Below, one piece after another: positions 22,224 through 30,830 of a stretch of 64,000 nucleotides of DNA; the first letter of the stretch is position 1, and each line of letters begins with the position of its first letter. Both the position numbers and the translations under genes were made by a program. Source of the DNA: Candidatus Gottesmanbacteria bacterium (GTDB lineage: Bacteria; Patescibacteriota; Microgenomatia; UBA10105; UBA927); assembly GCA_963809665.1 (NCBI GenBank), contig CAWEKC010000003.1, positions 25,277 through 89,276 on the forward strand, read 5' to 3'. The notes beneath the pieces were generated by a model, which was not told the origin of the DNA, made no database searches, and saw nothing but the letters and a program-made list of their open reading frames with translations.

Positions 22224-23081
22224 ATGGCAAAATACGTTCCCGACGTTAAAACACAGCGGTGGGTAATTATTTCCGAAGCCAGGACGAAGCGTCCGGATGA
22301 AGCTGCGGCTCCCAAAACAGGAGTTACAGTCTGCGCATTTTGCGAGGGGAACGAAAGTTTCACCCCGCCGGAGGTGTACCGGATCGGAGCGGGGGAGAAA
22401 GATAAACCCGGCTGGCAGGTGCGTGTCGTGCCGAATAAATTCGCCATCACGGATATACACGAAGTCATCATCCATTCTCCCAATCATGCCGATGATTTGG
22501 AACACCTGCCTATTGAGCACGTAACCCGGATTCTGACGGCGTACCGTGACCGGTACCGCGCCCACGAGAACGACGGGCAGGTTATAATCTTCTGCAATCA
22601 CGGGTTCCATGCAGGAGCAAGCCTCATACATCCTCATTCGCAGCTGGTTGTCGTACCCAAACAGATTAATTTGGATTCGTTGTACCGTGAGCCTATTGCC
22701 AATATGATCGAGGATAATACATCATTTATCACGTACTGTCCGGATTTTTCGCAGTGGCCGTATGAGACGTGGATTGCTCCGAAAACCCAGGGGACAAAAT
22801 TCGGCGATACGCCCGAAGGGGAACTGCCGGAATTAGCTAAAGTACTCCAGAAGGTTCTTATAAAGCTGGAAAAAATATATTTGTCGTCTACGATTAAACC
22901 CAAAGACCGTTCTGACAATGCGTTTGTCTATAATTATTACATTTACCACGGTGCCGATTGGTTTATCCGTATTATTCCGCGCTTTATCCACCGAGCCGGT
23001 TTTGAGCTGGGGACGGGTTTAAACGTCAATGTGGTAGATCCCACGGATGCGGCCAAGGAAATTAAAGAAACTGCGGTATAA
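22224..23081 (+). CDS. galT: Galactose-1-phosphate uridylyltransferase family
   Basis: WVIISEARTKRP, CAFCEGNE, VRVVPNKF, HEVIIHSP, GASLIHPHSQ (HPH), AGFELGTG. Confidence 0.9.
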   Translation: MAKYVPDVKTQRWVIISEARTKRPDEAAAPKTGVTVCAFCEGNESFTPPEVYRIGAGEKDKPGWQVRVVPNKFAITDIHEVIIHSPNHADDLEHLPIEHVTRILTAYRDRYRAHENDGQVIIFCNHGFHAGASLIHPHSQLVVVPKQINLDSLYREPIANMIEDNTSFITYCPDFSQWPYETWIAPKTQGTKFGDTPEGELPELAKVLQKVLIKLEKIYLSSTIKPKDRSDNAFVYNYYIYHGADWFIRIIPRFIHRAGFELGTGLNVNVVDPTDAAKEIKETAV

Positions 23082-23104
23082 CTTCGTACAACTCGTATAA
23101 CTCG

Positions 23105-23305
23105 TTAGACTGCGCCTTTTTGTTGAAGTCCCAGGAGCCAGAGTACCGCCTCCTTTTTATATCGGCGGTCGCCCCGCGAGTTAATACGTATTGCCGGCAA
23201 CTTTCCCCGTTTGCCCCACCGCTTGATCGTAAGGGGAGACACACGCAGAATTTTTGCTACCTCCCGGACGGTTAATAAATCCGGCCATTCATCACCAAGT
23301 GCCAT
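23105..23305 (-). CDS. Small BldC/excisionase-like (HTH_17, truncated MerR) DNA-binding protein
   Basis: LLTVREVAKILRVSPLTIKRWGKRGKLPAIRINSRGDRRY closely follows the BldC pattern. An AAGGAG SD precedes the start. Confidence 0.9.
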   Translation of the reverse strand: MALGDEWPDLLTVREVAKILRVSPLTIKRWGKRGKLPAIRINSRGDRRYKKEAVLWLLGLQQKGAV

Positions 23306-23344
23306 AGTACTCCTTTTCGGGCAAGAAAATTATTTTGAAGCAGG

Positions 23345-23399
23345 ATCAATATTCATCACAACAGTACATCAGTAATCAAACGTTGTCAAGAGACATCAA
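23345..23399 (-). promoter_or_regulatory. Promoter of the BldC-like gene (TTGACA-17-TACTGT) overlapped by 10-bp-phased (A/G)TCA(A/C) direct repeats
   Basis: The -35 is at 23384-23389 and the -10 at 23361-23366 on the minus strand. Repeats start at 23345, 23355, 23375, 23385 and 23395. Confidence 0.6.
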
Positions 23400-23736
23400 A
23401 TCTATGCAGCCAGTGTGATACATATTGTGATAGGAAACCAAAATGGTCTAAAAAAAATAAAAAAACTATCAATATCGTCCTGTTATCCGTGTTAATCCAA
23501 AAATTTTAGAGATTTGACAATAAAAACCTCATCGAGAGTTATTTGATAAAAGAATAGGAGGATTGGGCGACAGGAAACCGGGAAATTTTATGAAAAAATA
23601 CATAGGGTAGTTTTCCGGAAAAAAAGTAGGACCCGGGGCTTAATGAAATAAAGGGGTCCATGAGTTTATATTTTCCGACGGGTACGTCAGAAATATTTTT
23701 AGAAAAACATAATTTTGAGAAAATTATTATAGCTAA

Positions 23737-23765
23737 ATAATTGAATACTATTAGTGTTCAATTAT
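23737..23765. repeat. 29-bp near-perfect palindrome in an AT-rich intergenic region
   Basis: ATAATTGAATACTA-T-TAGTGTTCAATTAT, with 13/14 arm positions complementary. Confidence 0.7.
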
Positions 23766-24098
23766 ATCCTCAATAGTGCTCAAACAGTCCGTGTTGCTTC
23801 GTTATACGGAAAAATGCGGAAAACACGAAGAATTCTCAAAAACACGAAATGTGAAACTGTATCAAATTTGATCAACCTGTAGTAAATGGGTCTATTTCAT
23901 ATGCTGGCAGAAAGCCCGATAGAGCGCCATATATACTTTTTATGAAGTAGACGCAGGCGGGAAACCTGCGGCAAATAGCTCATTTTAACGCCATTTTCTG
24001 GCAGATTCCCATGCCAAGCGCCACAGCCTCTGTATTGCCCCTAGAGGCTCATTTTTTGCATAAAGTGGTGTATTTAAGGTATACTACACCTTCTTACT

Positions 24099-26453
24099 AT
24101 GCCACCTATATTGGAACGGCGCGCTATCTCGGATTCTCACGAAAACGTACACAGAAGTGTGCGGGTGTTTGCGGTAGCGCCTATATCGGCCGATAAATTG
24201 GCTTTTGAGCTGGAGGAGAGTTCCATTGATGACATTCCGCTTGTGGAAGTCATTTTGGGGAAAAAACCTTCTGTCGGACCAAGCGCAAACCGTCTTATTG
24301 CATTCGGGGGAGGAATTGAACCCGGCGAGTCTGTTGAGGAAGCGGCCATCCGGGAATTTGGGGAGGAAAGCACCATAACAGCCTTAAGTACCCAGGAAAC
24401 CTTGCAGGAGTGGAGAACGTCCCATGAGACCCTGAAGTCTTTTAACTACACCCCTCCGAAACGGCCGGAAAATCAGGTATATTTTTTAACCCTTCCGGTT
24501 GCAGGACAAGATGTCCAAAAATATGGTGTCCGGGGGATGCTTAAGGACAATATGGACGATGTAGTCGTGGTTACGCCGCATGAATTTCAATCCTTAATTG
24601 AGACAGGGGAAGTCAACGGCTTCAAAATTGTCGGCCACATGAGCAAACATAAAAATGATCACATCAGAATCAGACCGGAAGACGAAAACGTGAAAAATGA
24701 GGAGCTGGATCGCGTTGTGGCTGAGATCCATGCATTTGAACGGAAATTCCGGGAAAAGATACTGCAGGAGGTGAATAAAACCCGGCATTTCCGTAATTTG
24801 CCATACCTTCAAAATCTTTCTGAGTGCGGCCCGGAAGATTTACGCCCGGCATATATAGGAGCCCAGATGAAGATGGATTTATCATGCGAGCGGCAACAGG
24901 AACGGGCACTAGCCGCGTCTATACGCGAAGGACAGGATGCGGACGCATTACGGCACACCTTCTCGGTGAGTGCACAGGATCCGCTGAAAGCAGCGCCGTA
25001 CCTCTCACGGGAAAATTTTCTGAAACATCCTGAATTGTTGCTTTCACTCCCGACGGAAACGCTGGTTCACCAGGCGAATACTATAAAAAGAGCTGTGAAA
25101 CAAACGCTGGAATCCTCATCCTTTATGCAGAAAGGAAAGGATATATTTGCTGATTTACCCTGGAGCTTCGGACTTACGCAGGTCATACTTGCAGTCCGGG
25201 ACAGGTTGCAAACTTTACCGGCGGATTCACGGGCTGTCATTCTTTCGCGTCTCGATAATGATATGGCAGGAAATTTTGCGAGGTTAACCGGTGTAACGAA
25301 GGAAGCGGTCATCGAAGCGGTTACAGAAGGAGGAGATTTGTTATTTGATGAAGTTACGGCCAGCCTGAAGCGGAGATTCACCGTGTTTCAGGAACATCTT
25401 GCCGCGAACGAAATTGAGCATTCAGGGCTGTTCGGATACGTACTCCTAGCACTGCGTATTCATCCGGAATTGGTTGAACCTATGAATGATGCCCTCGAAG
25501 TGACGAAAAAAATGCAGTATGAAGCGATCCGTGAACTTGGACTTTTATTTCCGGCAGTCCGTGCGATCAAGGAATGGCACGCCTCTACCAATGACAGGCT
25601 GATTGATGTATTGTTTGCTGAATTTTTCGGTGTGCCGTTCGAGAAAGAAGAAGCGGAATTGGATGTAGATGGGAAGAAAGTGCCGCATACGATATATCAT
25701 CGCCGCGCGAATATAGAGATAATGGGAACATTTCCGCATGTTATTATCGATGACCGCGCAAAAAAAAGTAAAGTCGGATTACTTCGTAAATACTTGCTTG
25801 ATAACGGTCCGGTTCATGATAACCGTTCAACAAATATTGTCATTTCCGATGACAATTTCCGGAAAAAATTGAAGCTGGAAGACCGTTTGCAGTTTGCCGA
25901 ATTATTGAGGGATGAAATGGTGAAGTTTTTCCGTAAGAAATTAGGGAGTAGTTGGAGCGTGCGGATAGAATGGGATGCGGAAGACGAGCGATATAAAAAT
26001 GTCCGGAGATATGCAGCATTGCCCAAAAATGAGCGTTTTAACTATATCCGCGAACTTGTGCGTGCAGGAGGGAAGCGCCCGGGTTCACAAGGTTTCCGTT
26101 TTATACGCGATCAGTTTCGGCTGATAGTTGAGGGGCACAATACAAAGTTGGTGAGGGAAATTGACATATATCCCTTTGAGGATACGCATCATACGTTTAC
26201 CCCGGACCAATTGCGCAGTGCGGATCTATACTGGCAGAAATTACAAACATACAACAGTCTTTCAGATAAAGTTTTTGCATGGGGATGGCGTCAGAAACTG
26301 GGCGATCATACACTGGGGAATTACGAGGCAGCCCGGTATTATGCCAGAAGCACACGGTGGCAGACAGAGCCGTCATTATATGAACTGCTGTGGGCGTCAG
26401 CATATTATTATTTCTTAATTGAGCGGGTCCGCCTGCAGCAGGTTAAAAAATAA
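24099..26453 (+). CDS. Nudix-domain protein with a long C-terminal region carrying degenerate RelA/SpoT-like nucleotidyltransferase motifs
   Basis: Nudix box FGGGIEPGESVEEAAIREFGEES. C-terminal motifs are DRAKKSKVGLLRK, VHDNRSTNIVI, GSQGFRF and REIDIYP. Confidence 0.7.
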   Translation: MPPILERRAISDSHENVHRSVRVFAVAPISADKLAFELEESSIDDIPLVEVILGKKPSVGPSANRLIAFGGGIEPGESVEEAAIREFGEESTITALSTQETLQEWRTSHETLKSFNYTPPKRPENQVYFLTLPVAGQDVQKYGVRGMLKDNMDDVVVVTPHEFQSLIETGEVNGFKIVGHMSKHKNDHIRIRPEDENVKNEELDRVVAEIHAFERKFREKILQEVNKTRHFRNLPYLQNLSECGPEDLRPAYIGAQMKMDLSCERQQERALAASIREGQDADALRHTFSVSAQDPLKAAPYLSRENFLKHPELLLSLPTETLVHQANTIKRAVKQTLESSSFMQKGKDIFADLPWSFGLTQVILAVRDRLQTLPADSRAVILSRLDNDMAGNFARLTGVTKEAVIEAVTEGGDLLFDEVTASLKRRFTVFQEHLAANEIEHSGLFGYVLLALRIHPELVEPMNDALEVTKKMQYEAIRELGLLFPAVRAIKEWHASTNDRLIDVLFAEFFGVPFEKEEAELDVDGKKVPHTIYHRRANIEIMGTFPHVIIDDRAKKSKVGLLRKYLLDNGPVHDNRSTNIVISDDNFRKKLKLEDRLQFAELLRDEMVKFFRKKLGSSWSVRIEWDAEDERYKNVRRYAALPKNERFNYIRELVRAGGKRPGSQGFRFIRDQFRLIVEGHNTKLVREIDIYPFEDTHHTFTPDQLRSADLYWQKLQTYNSLSDKVFAWGWRQKLGDHTLGNYEAARYYARSTRWQTEPSLYELLWASAYYYFLIERVRLQQVKK

Positions 26454-26476
26454 AATCCCCCTTTCGGGGGATTTTT
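26453..26476. terminator. Bidirectional intrinsic terminator between the convergent Nudix gene and rplL
   Basis: AAAATCCCCC-TTTC-GGGGGATTTT hairpin flanked by A and T runs. Confidence 0.85.
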
Positions 26477-26478
26477 AT

Positions 26479-26862
26479 TTATGTAAGTTCAACTTTTGCA
26501 CCGGCTGCTTCGAGCTTTTTCTTTGCCTCTTGCGCGGTACTTTTATTGACTCCGGTTAAGACTTCTTTCGGTGCGCTCTCCACGAGCGTTTTTGCTTCCT
26601 GGAGCCCCAAGGTCGGCACGAGTTCGCGGACGGCTTTGATGGCGCCGATGCGGTTTGCTCCTGCTTCTTTAAGAACGACGTTGAATACCGTTTGTTCCTC
26701 TTTGGGTTCTCCGGCATCCGCGGCCGGAGCGGCTGCGGCAGCTGCGACGGGCGCGGCTGTGACACCAAATTTTTCTTCAAGGGCTTTTACCAGATCTGCG
26801 AGTTCTAACACCGTCATCTCACTTACTGATTTTAATATTTCATCTTTTGAAAGTTTTGCCAT
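26479..26862 (-). CDS. rplL: 50S ribosomal protein L7/L12
   Basis: [36 protein letters not shown]. Confidence 0.98.
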   Translation of the reverse strand: MAKLSKDEILKSVSEMTVLELADLVKALEEKFGVTAAPVAAAAAAPAADAGEPKEEQTVFNVVLKEAGANRIGAIKAVRELVPTLGLQEAKTLVESAPKEVLTGVNKSTAQEAKKKLEAAGAKVELT

Positions 26863-26902
26863 AATTGTGTGTCACCACCTCTCTTAGAAACGTTTAACGA
26901 GT

Positions 26903-27418
26903 TTAATTCGTTTTCTTCTCCTTTATCGAATTCAGTGCCCAGACGAGCTTGTTCAAATTCCAGTTGAGTGCGTAGTGGAGTCCCTGAATCGGGGCATTGA
27001 GCTGACTGACTAATTTTGTCAACAGGACGGGGCGCGGCGGCAATGCAGCGAGTGTCATAACATCGGTTTGCGTCAGTACTTTATCGCCCAGGAGCCCGCC
27101 TTTAGCTTTACCAAACCCGGCGGTTTTGAAAAATTTAAGAAGGACGGTCAGTGGGGCAACTTCGTCCGCATAGGCAAACAGTGCCGCCGTAGAATGTGTG
27201 AGTTGGGCCTCGATGGATTTGGCTTTATCGCCCAAGGCCTTTGCAAAAAGTCGGTTCTTCGTAACTGTAAAATCCGCGTTAGCTTTCTTAAGCGTACGGC
27301 GGAGCTCTTCCAGTTGTTTATGCTTGAGGCCGCTGTAATCCGCGAGCACTATGGATTTTGCCTTGGCAACTTTTCCGGTTAATTCGGTAACCGCATCGAT
27401 TTTTTTCTGTGTAGCCAT
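26903..27418 (-). CDS. rplJ: 50S ribosomal protein L10
   Basis: LADYSGL, LRRTL, VTKNRLF; positioned upstream of rplL. Confidence 0.96.
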   Translation of the reverse strand: MATQKKIDAVTELTGKVAKAKSIVLADYSGLKHKQLEELRRTLKKANADFTVTKNRLFAKALGDKAKSIEAQLTHSTAALFAYADEVAPLTVLLKFFKTAGFGKAKGGLLGDKVLTQTDVMTLAALPPRPVLLTKLVSQLNAPIQGLHYALNWNLNKLVWALNSIKEKKTN

Positions 27419-27425
27419 ATGCAAT

Positions 27426-27513
27426 AAAAAAACACCACGAGGGTGCTTTATACGCGTTTCCCTCGGTAGGATTTATTCAGCTCTTCGAGAGAGCTAGACC
27501 TACGGTCTTTAGG
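27426..27513 (-). promoter_or_regulatory. L10 leader (ribosomal protein autoregulatory RNA)
   Basis: The minus strand reads TAAAGACCGTAGGT...AATAAATCCTACCGAGGG...CCCTCG..TTTTTT, the L10_leader pattern. An extended -10 (TGATATAAT) lies at ~27522-27530. Confidence 0.8.
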
Positions 27514-27542
27514 TTAGAAAGATTATATCAATTGCCCGGGTG

Positions 27543-28403
27543 TTATGCAACCTCAATTTTTACTCCCGGCCCCATGGTAGAGGCCAGTGTCGCCTTTGCG
27601 ATTTTACCCCGACCGACGGCGTTCAATATTGCGGTTACGTTATCCTCAAGCTTTTTGTCATCAAACGATACTTTGCCTACGATCATATGGATAAGCGGCT
27701 GATCGGGCTCGGTTTTGAAGTTTACCTTGCCGGTCGTCAGTTCTTTTGCGCGTTTTACGGCATCTTCCGTTACGGTGCCTGTTTTCGGGTTGGGCATAAG
27801 ACCTTTGGGCCCCAAAATCCGGGCAACTTTGGCAAGTTTCGGCATCATGGCCGGCGTCGCGACAAGGATATCAAAATTGATTTTTCCCTCCGCAACATCT
27901 GCGACAATGGTATCATCGGCAATAAGCACACGTACCTGTTTTCCTGTTCCGTGCGGCAGGGACACCGAGCCCCGCAAATCCTTTTTCTCGCCCATGGAAG
28001 CCGGATTAAGATTAATATGCAGTTCTACGGATCCGTCAAACATCGTCAGGCTTGTTTTTTTTACAAGGGAGACTGCATCCGTCAGGGGATAGGTTTTGGA
28101 TTTATCCACGAGTGACGCTGCTTCCACATACCGTTTGGAGCGGACGCGCATCTTTTTCTGTTTTTTCGCTTTTTTTGCGGATTCGGCAGGTTTTTCGCCG
28201 CTTTCTACTTCATTGATAAGTTTTTTGAATTCGGGATTGATATCGGTTCCTTCAACGACCGAGACGCGCTGGCCGCCTTTCATGCCGACGCCTTCCACCT
28301 TTTGTTTTTTGGAATCTTTCGTCTGGCGTCGGGCCTCGGCCCGCCGTTTTTGTTCTTTTTCCTGCTTTTCGTCGCCCATGGCGACGGCTCTGATTTTACC
28401 CAT
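27543..28403 (-). CDS. rplA: 50S ribosomal protein L1 with a ~85-aa charged N-terminal extension
   Basis: FDGSVELHINL, RGSVSLPHGTGK, LGPKGLMPNPKTGTV, STMGPG. Confidence 0.96.
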   Translation of the reverse strand: MGKIRAVAMGDEKQEKEQKRRAEARRQTKDSKKQKVEGVGMKGGQRVSVVEGTDINPEFKKLINEVESGEKPAESAKKAKKQKKMRVRSKRYVEAASLVDKSKTYPLTDAVSLVKKTSLTMFDGSVELHINLNPASMGEKKDLRGSVSLPHGTGKQVRVLIADDTIVADVAEGKINFDILVATPAMMPKLAKVARILGPKGLMPNPKTGTVTEDAVKRAKELTTGKVNFKTEPDQPLIHMIVGKVSFDDKKLEDNVTAILNAVGRGKIAKATLASTMGPGVKIEVA

Positions 28404-28406
28404 AGA

Positions 28407-28835
28407 TTATCCTTCCACCTCAATACCCATGCTCTTTGCCGTTCCGATGACGACTTTCATAGCCGCTTCGACGCTGTCGGTATTCAAATCCGGTAATTTA
28501 TCGGTCGCGATTTTCTTCACCTGTTCGCGTGTCAGTTTACCTGCCGATTCATGGCCCGGTTTCCCGCCTGCCTTATCAAGGGCGAGAAGTTTTTTGATCA
28601 TCGCAGCCACAGGGGGAAGTTTGGTGATAAAGCTGAATGTCCGGTCTTCGTAGACGGTGATCACGGCAGGGATCGTTTCGCCTTTAAGTTTGGCGGTCCG
28701 TTCGTTATACGCTTTTACAAACTCCATGATGGGGAGTCCGTGCTGTCCCAATGCCGGCCCGACCGGAGGCGCGGCTGTCGCTGCACCCGCGGGCAAATTG
28801 AGTTTGATAATGGTTTTAACTTTTTTAACTGCCAT
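28407..28835 (-). CDS. rplK: 50S ribosomal protein L11
   Basis: [36 protein letters not shown]. The real start is MAVKK at 28835. Confidence 0.98.
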   Translation of the reverse strand: MAVKKVKTIIKLNLPAGAATAAPPVGPALGQHGLPIMEFVKAYNERTAKLKGETIPAVITVYEDRTFSFITKLPPVAAMIKKLLALDKAGGKPGHESAGKLTREQVKKIATDKLPDLNTDSVEAAMKVVIGTAKSMGIEVEG

Positions 28836-28840
28836 AATTT

Positions 28841-28905
28841 TGGGGAAACGGAAAGGGAACGGGGGAATACATTTGTATTGTCGAAACCCTTTCGGTTTCT
28901 CCCAC
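28841..28905 (-). promoter_or_regulatory. Hairpin in the rplK leader, candidate L1-binding autoregulatory element
   Basis: On the minus strand, GGGAGAAACCGAAAGGG pairs with CCCTTTCCGTTTCCCC immediately before the ATG. Confidence 0.45.
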
Positions 28906-28959
28906 GCGTGTGCGTAGTAAGAGAGAGTATAGCAAAAGAGAAGGATAATGGCAAGGCTG

Positions 28960-29850
28960 CTAAATTTTTGGCAGGTTTGCAGCAAACGGGATGCCCCAAA
29001 CCGTCTTATTATCTGCACGGCCTCCGGTTAATAATGACAGGCATTTTCCGTTTTGTGTCACTATCGCGGCCCCCGACATACCGTCATCTGCCGCTCCTTT
29101 GAATTCATGAAGCCGGAGATCTCCGGAGAGGTGTGGTACGGTGGTTATTCCTTTGTATTTCAATTCGGTAAACGTCAGACTCCCATTAGTACCGGCGGGA
29201 AATCCTCCGCAATAAAAAATATCACCCTGTTTTGGTTCTGCCTGATCCTGAGCCAATTTTGTGTACTCGGGACGTGTGACATATTGTTTAAAGCCTACCG
29301 GCTTTTTGATTGTGATAGCGCGTATCGGGTGATATATGCCCGTATCGATATCCGATTCCGGGGACACATTCTCAATCCACCAGTCGGTGTCCGTTGGTTT
29401 AGGTCCGTTTGGTGCTCCGATTCGTGCATCAACCCGGAGTTGCTTCATTTGATCGCCGTACGGGAATGAAATGTCGACATTTTTCCAAAACATACCTTTT
29501 CCGAGATGCTCCGCCGTAAGTAGGACGAGATGCGTGTCTGTTTCAAAATAAACCTGGCCGGCACCGACACTCTGCGTTCCGTCTCCTGAATAACGTTCCA
29601 GCGACGTGATATTGATTTGTGCTAAGCCGGAAAGAAATGGGGGAGGAAGCAGGTCCGCAATTCTTTGCCCCTCAGGGGTATTTGCCTGCTGCGTTGCCTG
29701 AACTTCGATCGGTGAAAGGTGAGTCCGGCTGGCACATCCGGCAAGGGCAGCAGCTCCCAAGCCTGCGCCAACAAGCTTTATAAAAGCCCTGCGTGAAACA
29801 TTACCGCTTCCCGTATATACAATATTTGAGTCATTTTTTGATTCTGCCAT
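28960..29850 (-). CDS. Trypsin-like serine protease with a twin-arginine/lipoprotein-like signal
   Basis: Signal [28 protein letters not shown] carries the catalytic His and [13 protein letters not shown] the catalytic Ser. Confidence 0.65.
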   Translation of the reverse strand: MAESKNDSNIVYTGSGNVSRRAFIKLVGAGLGAAALAGCASRTHLSPIEVQATQQANTPEGQRIADLLPPPFLSGLAQINITSLERYSGDGTQSVGAGQVYFETDTHLVLLTAEHLGKGMFWKNVDISFPYGDQMKQLRVDARIGAPNGPKPTDTDWWIENVSPESDIDTGIYHPIRAITIKKPVGFKQYVTRPEYTKLAQDQAEPKQGDIFYCGGFPAGTNGSLTFTELKYKGITTVPHLSGDLRLHEFKGAADDGMSGAAIVTQNGKCLSLLTGGRADNKTVWGIPFAANLPKI

Positions 29851-29901
29851 AAGAATAAGCATAGAGGAAGCATCCAATGGAATCAAGATCGGGGTGAGCT
29901 T

Positions 29902-30516
29902 TTACAGCTTGGCAACCTGCAGGAAGTCCAGTTCTACGGGAGTTTCACGGCCGAAGATAGAAACCAGCACTTTGATCTTCCCTTTTTCTTCATCAATTGT
30001 GTCAATCGTGCCCAAAAAGTCCGCAAACGGCCCGTCGACGATTTTGACGGCTTCACCCACCGAAAACGACGCCTTGTATTTCGGTGCTTCCATCTGCATG
30101 AATTTCAGAATCGTATCTACTTCTTTATCGGAAATCGGGGTAGGTTTGTTGCCGGCGCCGACAAACGCAGTGACGCCCTGTGTCGTCCGTACGGCCAGCC
30201 ATGACGTGTCATCCAGTACCATTTTGACCAGAATATAGCCGGGGAAAATTTTTTCCTTTTGTTCTTCTTTTTTACCGTGTTTAACGGTAACGATATTGCG
30301 GGTAGGGACGATAATTTCAAATATTTTATCCGCGAGCTTCATCGTGTCGATCCGCTGTTTCAGATTTGCGGCGACCTTGTTTTCGTGGCCGGAATATGTG
30401 TGTACGACATACCATTTGGCATTTGCAGGAGCCTGGGTTTTCGGGGTTTCCGTGATTGTTGCAGCGCTCGGAGCGGCTGGTTTTTTTTCTTCAGCTACTT
30501 TTTGAGTGTCGTTCAT
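29902..30516 (-). CDS. nusG: Transcription termination/antitermination factor NusG
   Basis: WYVVHTYSGHE, KIFPGYILV, DGPFADF, SIFGRETPVELDF. Confidence 0.98.
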   Translation of the reverse strand: MNDTQKVAEEKKPAAPSAATITETPKTQAPANAKWYVVHTYSGHENKVAANLKQRIDTMKLADKIFEIIVPTRNIVTVKHGKKEEQKEKIFPGYILVKMVLDDTSWLAVRTTQGVTAFVGAGNKPTPISDKEVDTILKFMQMEAPKYKASFSVGEAVKIVDGPFADFLGTIDTIDEEKGKIKVLVSIFGRETPVELDFLQVAKL

Positions 30517-30519
30517 AGT

Positions 30520-30735
30520 TTATCGTTTAAATAATAGCGTTGTAATACGTAAAAATAACGAGTCCAGTCCGCCGATAAATGCTCCGACGAGTATCGAAAT
30601 GATGATGACGATAATCGTCAGCTTCACCGTTTCTTCCCGCGTGGGCCAGGTGACTTTTTTAAGTTCCGCAACCACTTCGCGCAGGAACCTTCCGGGCGCT
30701 ACATTCGGTATACTGGGCTTCTGTGCTGCGTCCAT
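30520..30735 (-). CDS. secE: Preprotein translocase subunit SecE
   Basis: FLREVVAELKKVTWPTREE followed by a TM helix. Confidence 0.97.
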   Translation of the reverse strand: MDAAQKPSIPNVAPGRFLREVVAELKKVTWPTREETVKLTIIVIIISILVGAFIGGLDSLFLRITTLLFKR

Positions 30736-30766
30736 ATACGTATGATATCAGGTTTTTTCCTAAACA

Positions 30767-30785
30767 AAACCCCCTCCCAGGGGTT
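30767..30785 (-). terminator. Probable terminator of the upstream secreted-protein gene
   Basis: On the minus strand, AACCCCT-GGG-AGGGGTT is followed by TTGTTT. Confidence 0.45.
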
Positions 30786-30830
30786 ATGGGTATGAGTATA
30801 TCAAAGGAGGTAAAAAAAGTAAAGATTAGC

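Noticed and set aside
17-23305. Prophage or integrative element suggested by two excisionase-like HTH genes
   Set aside because: No integrase, terminase, capsid or conjugation genes are in the window, and I saw no duplicated tRNA ends.
23400-24098. Replication origin or dif site
   Set aside because: There is no cluster of TTATCCACA boxes, no dnaA/dnaN nearby, and the palindrome does not match the XerC/D dif consensus.
28836-29018. N-terminal extensions of L11, L33 and L28 given by the ORF track
   Set aside because: Canonical starts lie downstream (28835, 39183, 50216), and the extensions overlap neighbouring genes or leaders.
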